DNA of 63,621 nt, counting the filler, from Ferroacidibacillus organovorans (GTDB lineage Bacteria > Bacillota > Bacilli > Alicyclobacillales > SLC66), in NCBI RefSeq assembly GCF_001642725.1. It is 3 parts of 3 records of this genome, joined end to end, with 100 filler letters (N's around TTAATTAATTAA, not from the genome) between each part and the next. Parts side by side here need not be neighbours in the genome. Positions count along the whole stretch, not along the records: positions 26,193 to 52,152 come from NZ_LSUQ01000035.1; 2 more parts are not named here. One strand, given 5' to 3'. Shown one piece after another: positions 29,904-42,070 of this stretch (positions are counted from its first letter, which is position 1; each line of letters opens with the position of its first letter). Position numbers and translations under genes: made by a program. Under the pieces are notes generated by a model. It was not told where the DNA came from, made no database searches, and saw nothing but the letters and a program-made list of their open reading frames with translations.

Positions 29904-31055
29904 GTGATTAAACGTGGAACGTATTTGGGAGGTGCAGTCAACGCGGTGAAGGTTGCGATCGTCCACGAATGGCTGGTCAATTTTCGTGGATCTGAAAAGG
30001 TGTTGCTTGAACTTTCCAGAATTTTTCCAGATGCAACAATCTATGTGTCTGTGCTAGATCGCTCACAGTTGCCTGAGGAACTCGCGGCGCGTGAGATTCG
30101 CACGACGTTTCTTCAGCATCTTCCGTTTTCTATCCCAAGATATCAAGCCTATCTTTTATTAATGCCACTCGCCTATTCGCTATTGGATATGAAAGAGTAT
30201 GACCTGATCATCACTAGCAGTCACGCTTGCGCCAACGGTGTCCGCGCAAGGCGAGGAGCATTACACATCAGTTACTGTTATACACCGATGCGCTATGCCT
30301 GGAGTGGCTATCAAGAGTATTACGAGAGCCTGCGCTCGCCGATTGCGAAAGCGGCGATGACAGTGCTCATGGCTTTTATGAGATTTTGGGATTATCATAA
30401 TTCGCAAAAGGTCGATCACTATATTGCGTGCAGTCGCGCTGTTGCTGAGCGCATTGAGAAGTATTATGGGAGAAGTTCTGTCGTGATTTATCCACCTGTA
30501 GGGTTGATTCCCACTGAGCCGATTGGCTCGATCAAATCACTACTCCCTGATCTTCAAAGGGAACCTTATTATTTGTCACTGGGACGACTTGTTCCGTACA
30601 AGCGCGTGGATCTCGCGATCAAAGCGTGTGAACGAATGCAACGGCATCTCGTTGTTGCGGGGAATGGGCCAGAACTGGAACGTCTGCAAGCAGAGTCAAG
30701 CCCGTGGATTCACTTTATCACTGCGTTCTCGGATGAGGATGCAAAGGCGCTCTACAAGCATTGTTCCGGATTTATCTTTCCTGGAGAAGAAGACTTCGGA
30801 CTGACCGTCGTGGAGGTTCAACGCTATGGAAAACCAGTCGTGGCCTACGCAAAGGGTGGGGCAGAGGACACTGTTATTCATGGGAAAACGGGCATCCTTT
30901 TTCAAGAGCAATCGGTCGATGCTTTGGTGGATGCATTAATTGAATTGGAGCAATCGGCGTATGATGTGGAATTTATTCGAGATCATTCCACGCAATTTTC
31001 ACCAGAGATGTTTCACGCCGAGATACGTGATGCGATCAACATGCGGGTCGAATGA
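29904..31055 (+). CDS. GT4 glycosyltransferase (WbaZ-like)
   Basis: 'KVAIVHEWL..RGSEKV', 'YCYTPMRYAW', 'EEDFGL..VE'. Confidence 0.9.
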   Translation: MIKRGTYLGGAVNAVKVAIVHEWLVNFRGSEKVLLELSRIFPDATIYVSVLDRSQLPEELAAREIRTTFLQHLPFSIPRYQAYLLLMPLAYSLLDMKEYDLIITSSHACANGVRARRGALHISYCYTPMRYAWSGYQEYYESLRSPIAKAAMTVLMAFMRFWDYHNSQKVDHYIACSRAVAERIEKYYGRSSVVIYPPVGLIPTEPIGSIKSLLPDLQREPYYLSLGRLVPYKRVDLAIKACERMQRHLVVAGNGPELERLQAESSPWIHFITAFSDEDAKALYKHCSGFIFPGEEDFGLTVVEVQRYGKPVVAYAKGGAEDTVIHGKTGILFQEQSVDALVDALIELEQSAYDVEFIRDHSTQFSPEMFHAEIRDAINMRVE

Positions 31056-31079
31056 AATGCGGGTTATGCTCTAGGTGGT

Positions 31080-32234
31080 ATGGGGGTTGCTGCATTGCGT
31101 ATTGGCATCGATTGCCGTCCATTATCAAAGGAAAAAACGGGTATCGGATATTACCTTTGGGAAATCTTGAACCAATGGGGTAAAAGTGAAATTCCTCATG
31201 AGCTCTTTCTCTATAGCGCTCGTCATTTTGAGATTCCCCCGCAACTTGCTCGATCGAATGTTCGCATCTGCAAGCGTGTCTTTCTTTTTGAGCCACCTGA
31301 GGTGTGGATGCACACCATCTTGCCGATCCAACTTCGCAAGGATCACGTCGATGTTTATTGGGGACCAAACTATGCAATGCCTGTTTTTCCGTTTGGAGCC
31401 CCTTCTGTTTTGACCGTGCATGACATGGTCTATCGAGTATTTCCGAAGACAATGAAACGTGTAACCTATCTGCATAACCGATATGGCATGGAGTGGTATG
31501 TGAGAAAGTGTGATCATGTCATTGCGGATTCAGAGAATACCAAAAAGGATCTTATATCTTATCTTCATCTGGAATCCGACAAGATCGATGTGATTCCCCT
31601 GGGCGTATCTGAGCGATTGGATCGACCCTCAGAAGATGTGTCGGACAAACGTGCGTTAGAATCTCTGGGATTGAAGCAACATCCCTATCTCCTCACCGTG
31701 GGTACGCTTGAACCACGGAAAAATCTAGCGCGCGTTATTCAAGCGTTTAAAAGATTCCTGAATGAACAACGTTTTGAAGGCGAGTCAGAGCCTTTGCTTG
31801 TGGTCGTAGGGGCAAGTGGGTGGGGAGGTACATCTGAGAAGATTCAGCACGATCTGGATGAGTCTGTTCGCTACTTGGGATATGTATCTGACGCAATTTT
31901 GGGTGTTCTCTATCGCAATGCAGTTGGATTTATTTATATGTCTCTCTATGAAGGGTTCGGCTTGCCTCCGCTTGAAGCGATGAGGTATGGTACTCCTGTG
32001 CTCGTTTCGAATTCGAGTTCTCTTCCAGAAGTGGTTGGGGATTGTGGACTCTATGCGAATCCATATCAGATCGAGGATATCGCATTGCAAATTGCTCACT
32101 TGTATAGGGATGGACGTAATTCCGAACTCGCTTTTCGTGCGAAAATAAGGGCAGAAATGATGTCTTGGCATGCTGTCGCGAAAAATACACTTGGTTTGCT
32201 GCAAAGAGTAGTAACAAATCGTAATGTGCAGTAA
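31080..32234 (+). CDS. GT4 mannosyl/rhamnosyltransferase (WbdB/WbpY-like)
   Basis: 'TGIGYY', 'GTLEPRKN', 'EGFGLPPLEAM'. Confidence 0.9.
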   Translation: MGVAALRIGIDCRPLSKEKTGIGYYLWEILNQWGKSEIPHELFLYSARHFEIPPQLARSNVRICKRVFLFEPPEVWMHTILPIQLRKDHVDVYWGPNYAMPVFPFGAPSVLTVHDMVYRVFPKTMKRVTYLHNRYGMEWYVRKCDHVIADSENTKKDLISYLHLESDKIDVIPLGVSERLDRPSEDVSDKRALESLGLKQHPYLLTVGTLEPRKNLARVIQAFKRFLNEQRFEGESEPLLVVVGASGWGGTSEKIQHDLDESVRYLGYVSDAILGVLYRNAVGFIYMSLYEGFGLPPLEAMRYGTPVLVSNSSSLPEVVGDCGLYANPYQIEDIALQIAHLYRDGRNSELAFRAKIRAEMMSWHAVAKNTLGLLQRVVTNRNVQ

Positions 32235-32270
32235 ACCATTTCAGCTTTAATTTTGTACGGAACACATTGA

Positions 32271-33071
32271 ATGATAAAACAAGGATGTGCTTTTGTGTAC
32301 GCTCGTCTGGTTGAATTATGGAAGTATAGAGAAATGTTATGGAGCATGATCTTGTCTGAGTTGCGCACACGTTATCGCGGGTCTTTTTTGGGATTTCTTT
32401 GGACATTTATCAATCCACTTCTTACGTTAATGGTTTACACGTTTATCTTTTCGAGGATTATGAAAGTTACGATGCCTCACTATGCTCTTTTTATGTTTAT
32501 TGGGCTTTTGGCATGGAATTTGTTCGCCACGGGAATTCAATCCTCGGCCAGTGTGATCGTGAGGCAAGGATCACTTGTGAAGAAGATTTATTTTCCAAGG
32601 GAGATTCTCCCGCTTTCTGTTGTGGGAGGCAGTGTAATCAACTATTTGTTATCTCTTGTCATTTTGGTACCTTTTTTATTCATTAACGGATATTATCCGA
32701 CGGTGAATTGGCTATACGTTCCACTCATCTTATTGATGGAGATGATTTTTACTGTAGGGTTAGCTTTGCTGTTATCTTCGCTCACCGTATACTTGCGAGA
32801 TATTGAACATATGCTTGGGATTTTTTTGATGTTGTGGTTTTACCTTACACCAGTCATCTATTCACTTAAAATATTATCTCCAGGTATTGCTCAGATGTTT
32901 AAATTAAATCCAATGTCTGACGTTGTCTTATCCTTTCAATCAACACTGTATTACAATGAAAGCCCGCATTGGAAACTGTTTCTTTATGGATATGGAATAT
33001 CGGTTGTCGTGTTGATTTTTGGTTGGTGGCTCTTTACGCGATTGAATCGCCGTTTTGCTGAGGAGGTATAA
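32271..33071 (+). CDS. wzm: Polysaccharide ABC exporter permease
   Basis: 'RYRGSFLGFLWTFINPL', 'KIYFPRE', 'YLTPVIY'. Confidence 0.92.
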   Translation: MIKQGCAFVYARLVELWKYREMLWSMILSELRTRYRGSFLGFLWTFINPLLTLMVYTFIFSRIMKVTMPHYALFMFIGLLAWNLFATGIQSSASVIVRQGSLVKKIYFPREILPLSVVGGSVINYLLSLVILVPFLFINGYYPTVNWLYVPLILLMEMIFTVGLALLLSSLTVYLRDIEHMLGIFLMLWFYLTPVIYSLKILSPGIAQMFKLNPMSDVVLSFQSTLYYNESPHWKLFLYGYGISVVVLIFGWWLFTRLNRRFAEEV

Positions 33072-33073
33072 AT

Positions 33074-34360
33074 TTGATCATGGTCAATACCGAAAAAGTG
33101 ATTCGTGTTCAAAATGTATCCAAAAATTTCCGCGTTCATACCGAGAGAAACAGTACGCTCAAAGAGCGAGTGCTTTATGCAGGGCGAGCGAAGTATCGGG
33201 ATTTTGTGGCTTTGCGTGATGTCAGTTTGGATGTCACGAGAGGCGAATCTTTGGGTTTAATCGGCGTTAACGGATCTGGGAAAAGCACGCTTCTCAAACT
33301 CATGAGCAAAATTCTGTATCCTGACTCGGGTACGGTGGATGTACGCGGACGTGTTTCAAGCCTTCTGGAATTGGGAGCTGGGTTTCATCCGGATTTTTCA
33401 GGCAGAGAAAATGTATTTATGAACGGTGCGCTTTTAGGTTTGTCGCGAAAAGAAATTCGGGATAAACTTGATGAGATCATCGATTTCTCAGAACTCGGTG
33501 ATTTTATTAACGAACCAGTACGGAGCTATTCTTCGGGAATGTATATGCGACTCGCATTTTCAGTTGCGGTTGCTGTCGATCCAGAAATTATCTTGATTGA
33601 TGAAATTCTCGCTGTAGGTGACGCAGCATTTCAGGCGAAGTGTATGAATCGATTAAGAACGCTTAGGGCGAGAGATACAACGATCATTATCGTCACTCAC
33701 GATACTGCAGCAGTCGAGCGATTTTGCGATCGAGTCGTATGGATGCATGATTCACGTGTTAAAATGGAAGGCAAACCAATTAACTGCATCCAATCGTATT
33801 TAGCCACTGTATTCAAAGCGTCCAACGAAGGATCAAATGCGATGTCTTTTGAGCGTTCGGATACTAGCGAGACATCTGAAGAGATTCGTTCTTTAAATGG
33901 TACGGATTCTAGTGAAGCAATTGATGCTGGACTGCGTTGGGGTACGGGCGATGTGACGATTGATGAAGTCGTCGTCACATCAAGTGCTGGGCGTGGTCTA
34001 GTGCAATGCGGCGAACCGCTAGATATAACCATTCGATTCAGTGTTAAGCAGGGGGTGAACGATGTCGACTTTGGCATAGAGATTTTCACGGCAGACGATG
34101 TGCAATGTTATGGGACAAACACGCGATTGGATCGATATGATACGATATCCTTAATTCAGGGTAGCGGATCAATTACATTTCATTCCACAGATTTCTGTTT
34201 GTTGTCCGGTTCCTATTGGATTGATGTCGCATGCAGTGCTGCAGATACACAAGCGCATGATTATTGGAGAAGAGCCACTCAGATCCAGGTTTACTCTGAT
34301 ATTAACGATGTTGGACTGTGTAGGGTGCCACATGAATGGAAGCTATCGATTGATCATTGA
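33074..34360 (+). CDS. wzt: Polysaccharide ABC exporter ATPase with C-terminal carbohydrate-binding module
   Basis: GVNGSGKST, YSSGM, 'DEILAVGD', plus a Wzt_C-like beta-sandwich tail. Confidence 0.92.
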   Translation: MIMVNTEKVIRVQNVSKNFRVHTERNSTLKERVLYAGRAKYRDFVALRDVSLDVTRGESLGLIGVNGSGKSTLLKLMSKILYPDSGTVDVRGRVSSLLELGAGFHPDFSGRENVFMNGALLGLSRKEIRDKLDEIIDFSELGDFINEPVRSYSSGMYMRLAFSVAVAVDPEIILIDEILAVGDAAFQAKCMNRLRTLRARDTTIIIVTHDTAAVERFCDRVVWMHDSRVKMEGKPINCIQSYLATVFKASNEGSNAMSFERSDTSETSEEIRSLNGTDSSEAIDAGLRWGTGDVTIDEVVVTSSAGRGLVQCGEPLDITIRFSVKQGVNDVDFGIEIFTADDVQCYGTNTRLDRYDTISLIQGSGSITFHSTDFCLLSGSYWIDVACSAADTQAHDYWRRATQIQVYSDINDVGLCRVPHEWKLSIDH

Positions 34361-34396
34361 TTGTATGAAGAATGAGCGATTTTCAACCCGTGGTTA

Positions 34397-35917
34397 TTGA
34401 ATCGTTATAGAAGAAAAATGATAGAATTAGAATTGAGGATAAGAATGCATAATAAAAATGAGGTTCGCTTATATCGAGCGTTTGAAGATAGGTATCGTGG
34501 ATCTCGTGAACTCATTATGTCGAGGTTACAAGTTTATATTCCATGGATTCTTCCATTACTTGATGTGTATAGTGAGCGCCAAGTGTTGGATCTAGGGTGT
34601 GGCCGCGGAGAGTGGCTTGAATTATTGAAGGAAAATGGCTTTCAGGCGGTTGGTGTTGATTTGGATCGCGGGATGTTAGAAGCCTGTGTAGAGCGTGGGC
34701 TGACTGTATCTGAGAAGGATGCGCTAACAGCATTAAGAGAACTTTCTGATGAGAGCCAGCTCATTGTTTCTGGATTTCATATTGCTGAACATCTTCCATT
34801 CGATGTATTAAGTGATCTGGTTTGTGAGGCGGTTCGTGTTTTAAAACCAGGTGGGTTACTCATTCTTGAAACGCCCAATCCGGAGAATATCAAGGTTGCC
34901 ACAGCCAATTTTTATCTTGATCCGACACATCAACGTCCTATACCGCAACAGTTGCTGGTTTTCCTTGCGGAGTATTTTGGTTTTTCTAGAGTGAAAATCC
35001 TTCGTTTGCAGGAATCGAAAGAGATTCATGAAAAATCTTCTGTAGCGTTACTTGATGTGATCGATGGTGTTAGCCCGGACTATTCAATGATAGCTCAAAA
35101 AAAAGCTTCGTCCGAAATCCTAAATCGATTTGATAGATATTTTAGTCAAGAATACGGGATCACCTTGGAATCTTTAACTGAGAAATTCGAACAACGTCTT
35201 GCACATATAGAAATAAAAACTCAGGAAGCTAGTTCTTTCACACGTGAGGCGGTTGATTGGGTAATTAAAGCCCAGATTAACGCTGAACGTATTGAAAATA
35301 AATTGATTGATGCGGAATTACGAACGGAACGGGCTGAAACAAGAGCGAAAGAAGCGATTTTACGAACAGAGAAGTTCGAAGCACAAGCGAGTGAAGCATT
35401 ATTAAAAATCGAACGTGCTGAAAAGAGAACACTTGAAGCTGAATCACGCGCATCGTATTTTGAAGTGAGATCGAAAGAGTTAGAGAATCGTATGAAACAA
35501 ATGGAAGCTGATGTCCAAAATGCTTGGCATCATTATTCTATGGTCATAAACAGTCATTCATGGAAAACGACGTATCCTTTACGGTTAGCGGGTATAGCAG
35601 CGAGATGGTTTGTGCGGGGTAGCATTGCGTGGATAACATTTGCTCCTTCTAGCCGTCCGAGACGTATTTTGCGTATTACTTTGGTAGCGTTAAAGCGTAA
35701 AATCCAAAGTAATTATAAACTAAAGGCTATTGCCCTACGATTTCTGACACGCTTTCCTAGATTAAAAGAACGTTTAAAAAGAGTAGGGGACGATCAGCGA
35801 TATTACAGTGGAGTTGGAACCGTTCATCAATCAAATCATTCAATAGAAAATCTTAATTCCAGTTCAAGAAAAATCTATAAAGATCTTAAAGCCTCAATCG
35901 AAAAAAATAAGGAGTAA
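34397..35917 (+). CDS. SAM methyltransferase plus coiled coil (WbdD-like chain terminator)
   Basis: 'FEDRYRGS', 'LDLGCGRGEW', 'ETPNPEN', 'DPTH', a long heptad region and an 'SWKTTYPLR' amphipathic tail. Start uncertain. Confidence 0.85.
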   Translation: MNRYRRKMIELELRIRMHNKNEVRLYRAFEDRYRGSRELIMSRLQVYIPWILPLLDVYSERQVLDLGCGRGEWLELLKENGFQAVGVDLDRGMLEACVERGLTVSEKDALTALRELSDESQLIVSGFHIAEHLPFDVLSDLVCEAVRVLKPGGLLILETPNPENIKVATANFYLDPTHQRPIPQQLLVFLAEYFGFSRVKILRLQESKEIHEKSSVALLDVIDGVSPDYSMIAQKKASSEILNRFDRYFSQEYGITLESLTEKFEQRLAHIEIKTQEASSFTREAVDWVIKAQINAERIENKLIDAELRTERAETRAKEAILRTEKFEAQASEALLKIERAEKRTLEAESRASYFEVRSKELENRMKQMEADVQNAWHHYSMVINSHSWKTTYPLRLAGIAARWFVRGSIAWITFAPSSRPRRILRITLVALKRKIQSNYKLKAIALRFLTRFPRLKERLKRVGDDQRYYSGVGTVHQSNHSIENLNSSSRKIYKDLKASIEKNKE

Positions 35918-35922
35918 AAATC

Positions 35923-38900
35923 ATGAGAATTGTAATTGATATGCAAGGGGCGCAAAGCGCTAGTCGTCATCGTGGGATTGGCAGACTAACATTATCCCTT
36001 ATCAAGGCTCTTGTCGCTAATAAGGGGGATCATGAAGTTATTCTTGCTCTAAATGGACTGTTTCCTGACACGATAGAGTTCATTCGCTCGACTTTTGATC
36101 AATTGCTTTCGCAAGAAAATATTAGAGTATGGCAGGCCGTTGGACCAGTATATTACTTGGCATCTGATTCTTCGTGGCGTCGCAGAACTGCTGAATTGAT
36201 AAGGGAATCCTTTCTTGCTAGTTTAAAGCCAGATATTATTCTTATTACAAGTTTATTCGAAGGGCTAGGCGACGATGCAGTTACTAGCATTGGTGCTTTT
36301 AACAATACGATTCCAACTGCTGTCATTCTGTATGATTTAATTCCTCTAATTTATCGTGAACTTTATCTTAAAAGTCCTGAATATGAGCTTTGGTATGAAC
36401 AAAAAATTGGTCATCTTCGACGCGCGGACCTTTTGTTATCTATCTCCGAATCTTCACGTCAAGAGGCGATCCGATATTTGGGAATAGCCTCTGATTCAGC
36501 TGTGAATATTTCAGCTGCGGTAGATGCTGAATTTAAACCTCTAACGTTTGAGCCATCAGATAAGGAACGTATTCTAAGTCAGTACGGAATTTCACAATCC
36601 TTTGTGATGTACACAGGCGCAGCAATTGAGCCTCGCAAAAACATAGAGGGCTTGATTCGCGCTTACGCTCAATTGCCTAAATCCTTACGCAGAAAACACC
36701 AATTGTTGATCGTATGTACTATTCAACCTGTAGATCGAGCACGATTGGTGTCAGTTGCTAAAAAATTCGGAATGGGATCGGAAGAGTTGGTACTGACTGG
36801 TTATGTCCCTGATGAGGATCTAATCAACTTATATAATTTATGTAAGGTTTTCATTTTTCCGTCATGGCATGAAGGGTTTGGATTGCCCGTGCTTGAGGCG
36901 ATGTCATGTGGAACGGCAGTTATTGGATCGAATACATCTAGCGTTCCAGAGATCATTGAGAGAAAAGATGCTTTGTTTGATCCGAAGAATGATCGATCAA
37001 TAACAGATAAACTGGAACAAATTTTAACAGATGAAGAATTTCTTGTTGAGTTGCAACGGCATAGTCTAAAACAGTCACAAAAATTTTCTTGGGATTTGAG
37101 TGCAAAACGTGCGTTACATGCTATGGATTCAATAAGTGAAAAGAACTGTGATAAAATGTTTTCTCTGAAACGTTTTTCGCGTCGTCCGAAACTAGCTTAT
37201 ATTTCTCCTCTTCCGCCTGTGCAGTCGGGGATCAGCGATTACAGTGCAAAACTCTTGCCTGAACTTGCTCGATATTATGAAATTGAAGTTATTGTTGACC
37301 AAGAGACTGTTTCTGATCCTTGGATTAGAGCGAACTGTCCGATCCGAAATTCTGACTGGTTTCTAACTCATGCAAAAAAATATGATCGAGTAATTTATCA
37401 TTTTGGAAATTCGCCATTTCATCATTATATGCTTTCATTGTTAAATGAAATACCAGGAGTCGTAGTGCTGCATGATTTTTTCCTCTCGGGTATCTACAAA
37501 CATTCTGGAGAAAACTATCTCAGTGATCCAAGGTGGTTGAAAGAACTTTATTGTTCACACGGATATAAAGCTGTTCAAGAGCATGCGTCAACATCTGATT
37601 TAAATCAAATTATTATGAAATATCCGTGTAATCTCAGCGTTTTAAAAAGTGCGTTGGGACTTATCGTTCATTCCGAACATCCTATTGAGTTATCTAAACA
37701 ATGTTATCCTAAACTTAATTTAGATAATTGGAGAGTAATTACATTTATTAGAGATCTAAAGCAGAAACGTAAAGATATCATCAAGCATACAGAATCATAT
37801 ATACAAGAAAATTTAATTAGTGAATGTGTTTTGGGGCTAGTTCAACAGTACCATAATGTGGTTGAATATTTTTATTCCAACAATATTTTTAGTTCGCAGA
37901 ATCTAATTGAGGCAATTGGTTTATTGGATGGATATAAACCTGATGATATGGAATGTGCTGATTTAGCGAATAATATTTCGCGAAATCAGGATAATAATTT
38001 ACCCCAACGTCAATTGCTGATTGATATCTCCGAGCTAGTGGTGAGAGATGCAAAAAGTGGGATTCAGCGTGTTACGCGAAGTGTTTTAAAAGAAATGTTA
38101 GAGTCATCTTTTAGAGACTATCGTATTGAACCGGTATATGCATCAATTGGCGAGATAGGTTACCGATATGCTCGCCAATATACATTGGAGTTAATTGGAT
38201 CTACATCAAATCTTATCACTGATGAACTTATTCAATATCAAAATGGCGATATTTTTATGGGACTTGATTTTCAATCACATGTTGTAGTTACGCAACGGGA
38301 GTTTTTGACGCAAATGCATAATCTTGGCGTGCAAATCTTTTTTACTGTGTATGATCTACTTCCAATATTAATGCCTCAAGTTTTCCCCACTGGTTCTGAT
38401 GTTGGACATGAAAATTGGTTAAGTATTATCACGAAGTTTGATGGTGCAATATGCATTTCATCAGGGGTGGCTAATGATTTGAAAAAATGGTTACATGATA
38501 ATGGAACCGAACGTTTACGGCCATACAAAATAACATGGTCACATCTAGGTGCAGATGTTGAAAATTCTATTCCTTCTATGGGATTGCCGAATAATGCAGA
38601 TCAAAATTTAACTAATATTTATAGACGGAAAAGTTTTCTGATGGTAGGGACCGTTGAGCCGCGAAAAGGATATATGCAGACTGTTTTAGCGTTTGAACGG
38701 CTTTGGGCTGAAGAGATTGATGTGAATCTAATTATCGTAGGAAAACAAGGGTGGATGGTCGAAACGTTAATTGAAAAGATACGTAAGCATCCCGAACTTA
38801 ATAGAAGACTTTTATGGCTTGAGGGAATTAGCGATGAATACCTCGAAAAAATCTATTCTTCTTCTACTTGTCTTATAGCAGCAAGTGAGGGGGAGGGATT

Positions 38901-39147
38901 TGGACTTCCGCTTATTGAAGCTGCACAACACAAGCTACCGATCATTGCGAGAGATATCCCGGTCTTTCGAGAAGTGGCGGAGGAGCACGCATTTTACTTC
39001 CATGGTAAAGATCCTATTGATCTTGCTTATGCGATTAAGGACTGGATAAAGTTGTATGATCAGGATATGCATCCAAAATCAGACGATATGCATTGGCTGA
39101 CATGGAAGGAAGCCGCAAAAAATATGTTGGATATCTTACTTCAATAG
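35923..39147 (+). CDS. Multi-domain GT4 polymerase (WbdA-like)
   Basis: 'MRIVIDMQGAQS..RHRGIGR', two EGFGLP motifs and a partial middle GT module. Confidence 0.88.
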   Translation: MRIVIDMQGAQSASRHRGIGRLTLSLIKALVANKGDHEVILALNGLFPDTIEFIRSTFDQLLSQENIRVWQAVGPVYYLASDSSWRRRTAELIRESFLASLKPDIILITSLFEGLGDDAVTSIGAFNNTIPTAVILYDLIPLIYRELYLKSPEYELWYEQKIGHLRRADLLLSISESSRQEAIRYLGIASDSAVNISAAVDAEFKPLTFEPSDKERILSQYGISQSFVMYTGAAIEPRKNIEGLIRAYAQLPKSLRRKHQLLIVCTIQPVDRARLVSVAKKFGMGSEELVLTGYVPDEDLINLYNLCKVFIFPSWHEGFGLPVLEAMSCGTAVIGSNTSSVPEIIERKDALFDPKNDRSITDKLEQILTDEEFLVELQRHSLKQSQKFSWDLSAKRALHAMDSISEKNCDKMFSLKRFSRRPKLAYISPLPPVQSGISDYSAKLLPELARYYEIEVIVDQETVSDPWIRANCPIRNSDWFLTHAKKYDRVIYHFGNSPFHHYMLSLLNEIPGVVVLHDFFLSGIYKHSGENYLSDPRWLKELYCSHGYKAVQEHASTSDLNQIIMKYPCNLSVLKSALGLIVHSEHPIELSKQCYPKLNLDNWRVITFIRDLKQKRKDIIKHTESYIQENLISECVLGLVQQYHNVVEYFYSNNIFSSQNLIEAIGLLDGYKPDDMECADLANNISRNQDNNLPQRQLLIDISELVVRDAKSGIQRVTRSVLKEMLESSFRDYRIEPVYASIGEIGYRYARQYTLELIGSTSNLITDELIQYQNGDIFMGLDFQSHVVVTQREFLTQMHNLGVQIFFTVYDLLPILMPQVFPTGSDVGHENWLSIITKFDGAICISSGVANDLKKWLHDNGTERLRPYKITWSHLGADVENSIPSMGLPNNADQNLTNIYRRKSFLMVGTVEPRKGYMQTVLAFERLWAEEIDVNLIIVGKQGWMVETLIEKIRKHPELNRRLLWLEGISDEYLEKIYSSSTCLIAASEGEGFGLPLIEAAQHKLPIIARDIPVFREVAEEHAFYFHGKDPIDLAYAIKDWIKLYDQDMHPKSDDMHWLTWKEAAKNMLDILLQ

Positions 39148-39231
39148 CGTTATACTTATTGGGTTTCTAAGTAATTCGTTTACAAAGCAGTATGCTTAAA
39201 ATGATTTGGCAATTATTTTTTAGAGCTTTAA

Positions 39232-41171
<1,940 letters not shown>

Positions 41172-41335
41172 GAGTGATTTATAAAAGTATGCACATGGTA
41201 TTAATTTGATCTCATTTTAGTGAGGAAAAATGATTTATTTTATACGGAAGCGTGTCGGATTTTGTAGTAGAGTGGTATACTACGAGATAATAAGTTATCT
41301 TGTTTATAAATTATTCGAAATGAGTTGATGTTGAT

Positions 41336-42070
41336 ATGGCAACATTTAATGGGCTTTTATCAATTATTATACCGGTATATAATGAAGAGGATACAGTTAT
41401 TAATGTGATCCGTATGATTCAAGAAGTTCCGATAAGAAAAGAAATAATTGTTGTTGACGATTTTTCAACTGATCTGACTCGTGAAAGACTAAAGAAATTT
41501 GATTCTGAAATAATGATCGTTCTACATGATAGAAATAAAGGTAAGGGAGCGGCTATACGTACAGGTATGCAATATGCTTCTGGTGATGCACTCATCATAC
41601 AAGATGCAGATTTGGAATATAATCCATCGGATATTTTGCTTCTTTTAGAAAATCTTGATGCTGAGACACCGGTGGTATATGGTTCGCGATTTTTGGGACA
41701 TATGGAGAATATGAGTGGTTTGCATCGTTATGGTAATCTTATGCTTACTGGTTTAACCAATATGTTATTTGGGTTGAAGATAACAGATATGGAAACTTGT
41801 TATAAGCTGATGGCTAAAGAAGTATATTCTCAATTAGATATTCAATCTGATCGGTTCAACATGGAACCTGAAATTACTGCTAAAATTGCACGAATGGGTT
41901 ATAACATTGTTGAAATTGGAATTACATATCGGGGTAGAGATTTTGCTGAAGGCAAAAAAATCTCTTGGAAGGATGGCTTCTCAGCGGTATATGCGCTATT
42001 AAAATTTAGGTTTGGAAAAATAGGTAAAAAAGTAAAAGTAGTAGAAAAGGGTATAGGTGATCATCTGTGA
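41336..42070 (+). CDS. GT2 polyprenol-phosphate glycosyltransferase (Dpm1/GtrB-like)
   Basis: 'IIPVYNEE', 'NKGKGAAI', 'QDADLEY', 'TDMETCYK'. Confidence 0.88.
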   Translation: MATFNGLLSIIIPVYNEEDTVINVIRMIQEVPIRKEIIVVDDFSTDLTRERLKKFDSEIMIVLHDRNKGKGAAIRTGMQYASGDALIIQDADLEYNPSDILLLLENLDAETPVVYGSRFLGHMENMSGLHRYGNLMLTGLTNMLFGLKITDMETCYKLMAKEVYSQLDIQSDRFNMEPEITAKIARMGYNIVEIGITYRGRDFAEGKKISWKDGFSAVYALLKFRFGKIGKKVKVVEKGIGDHL

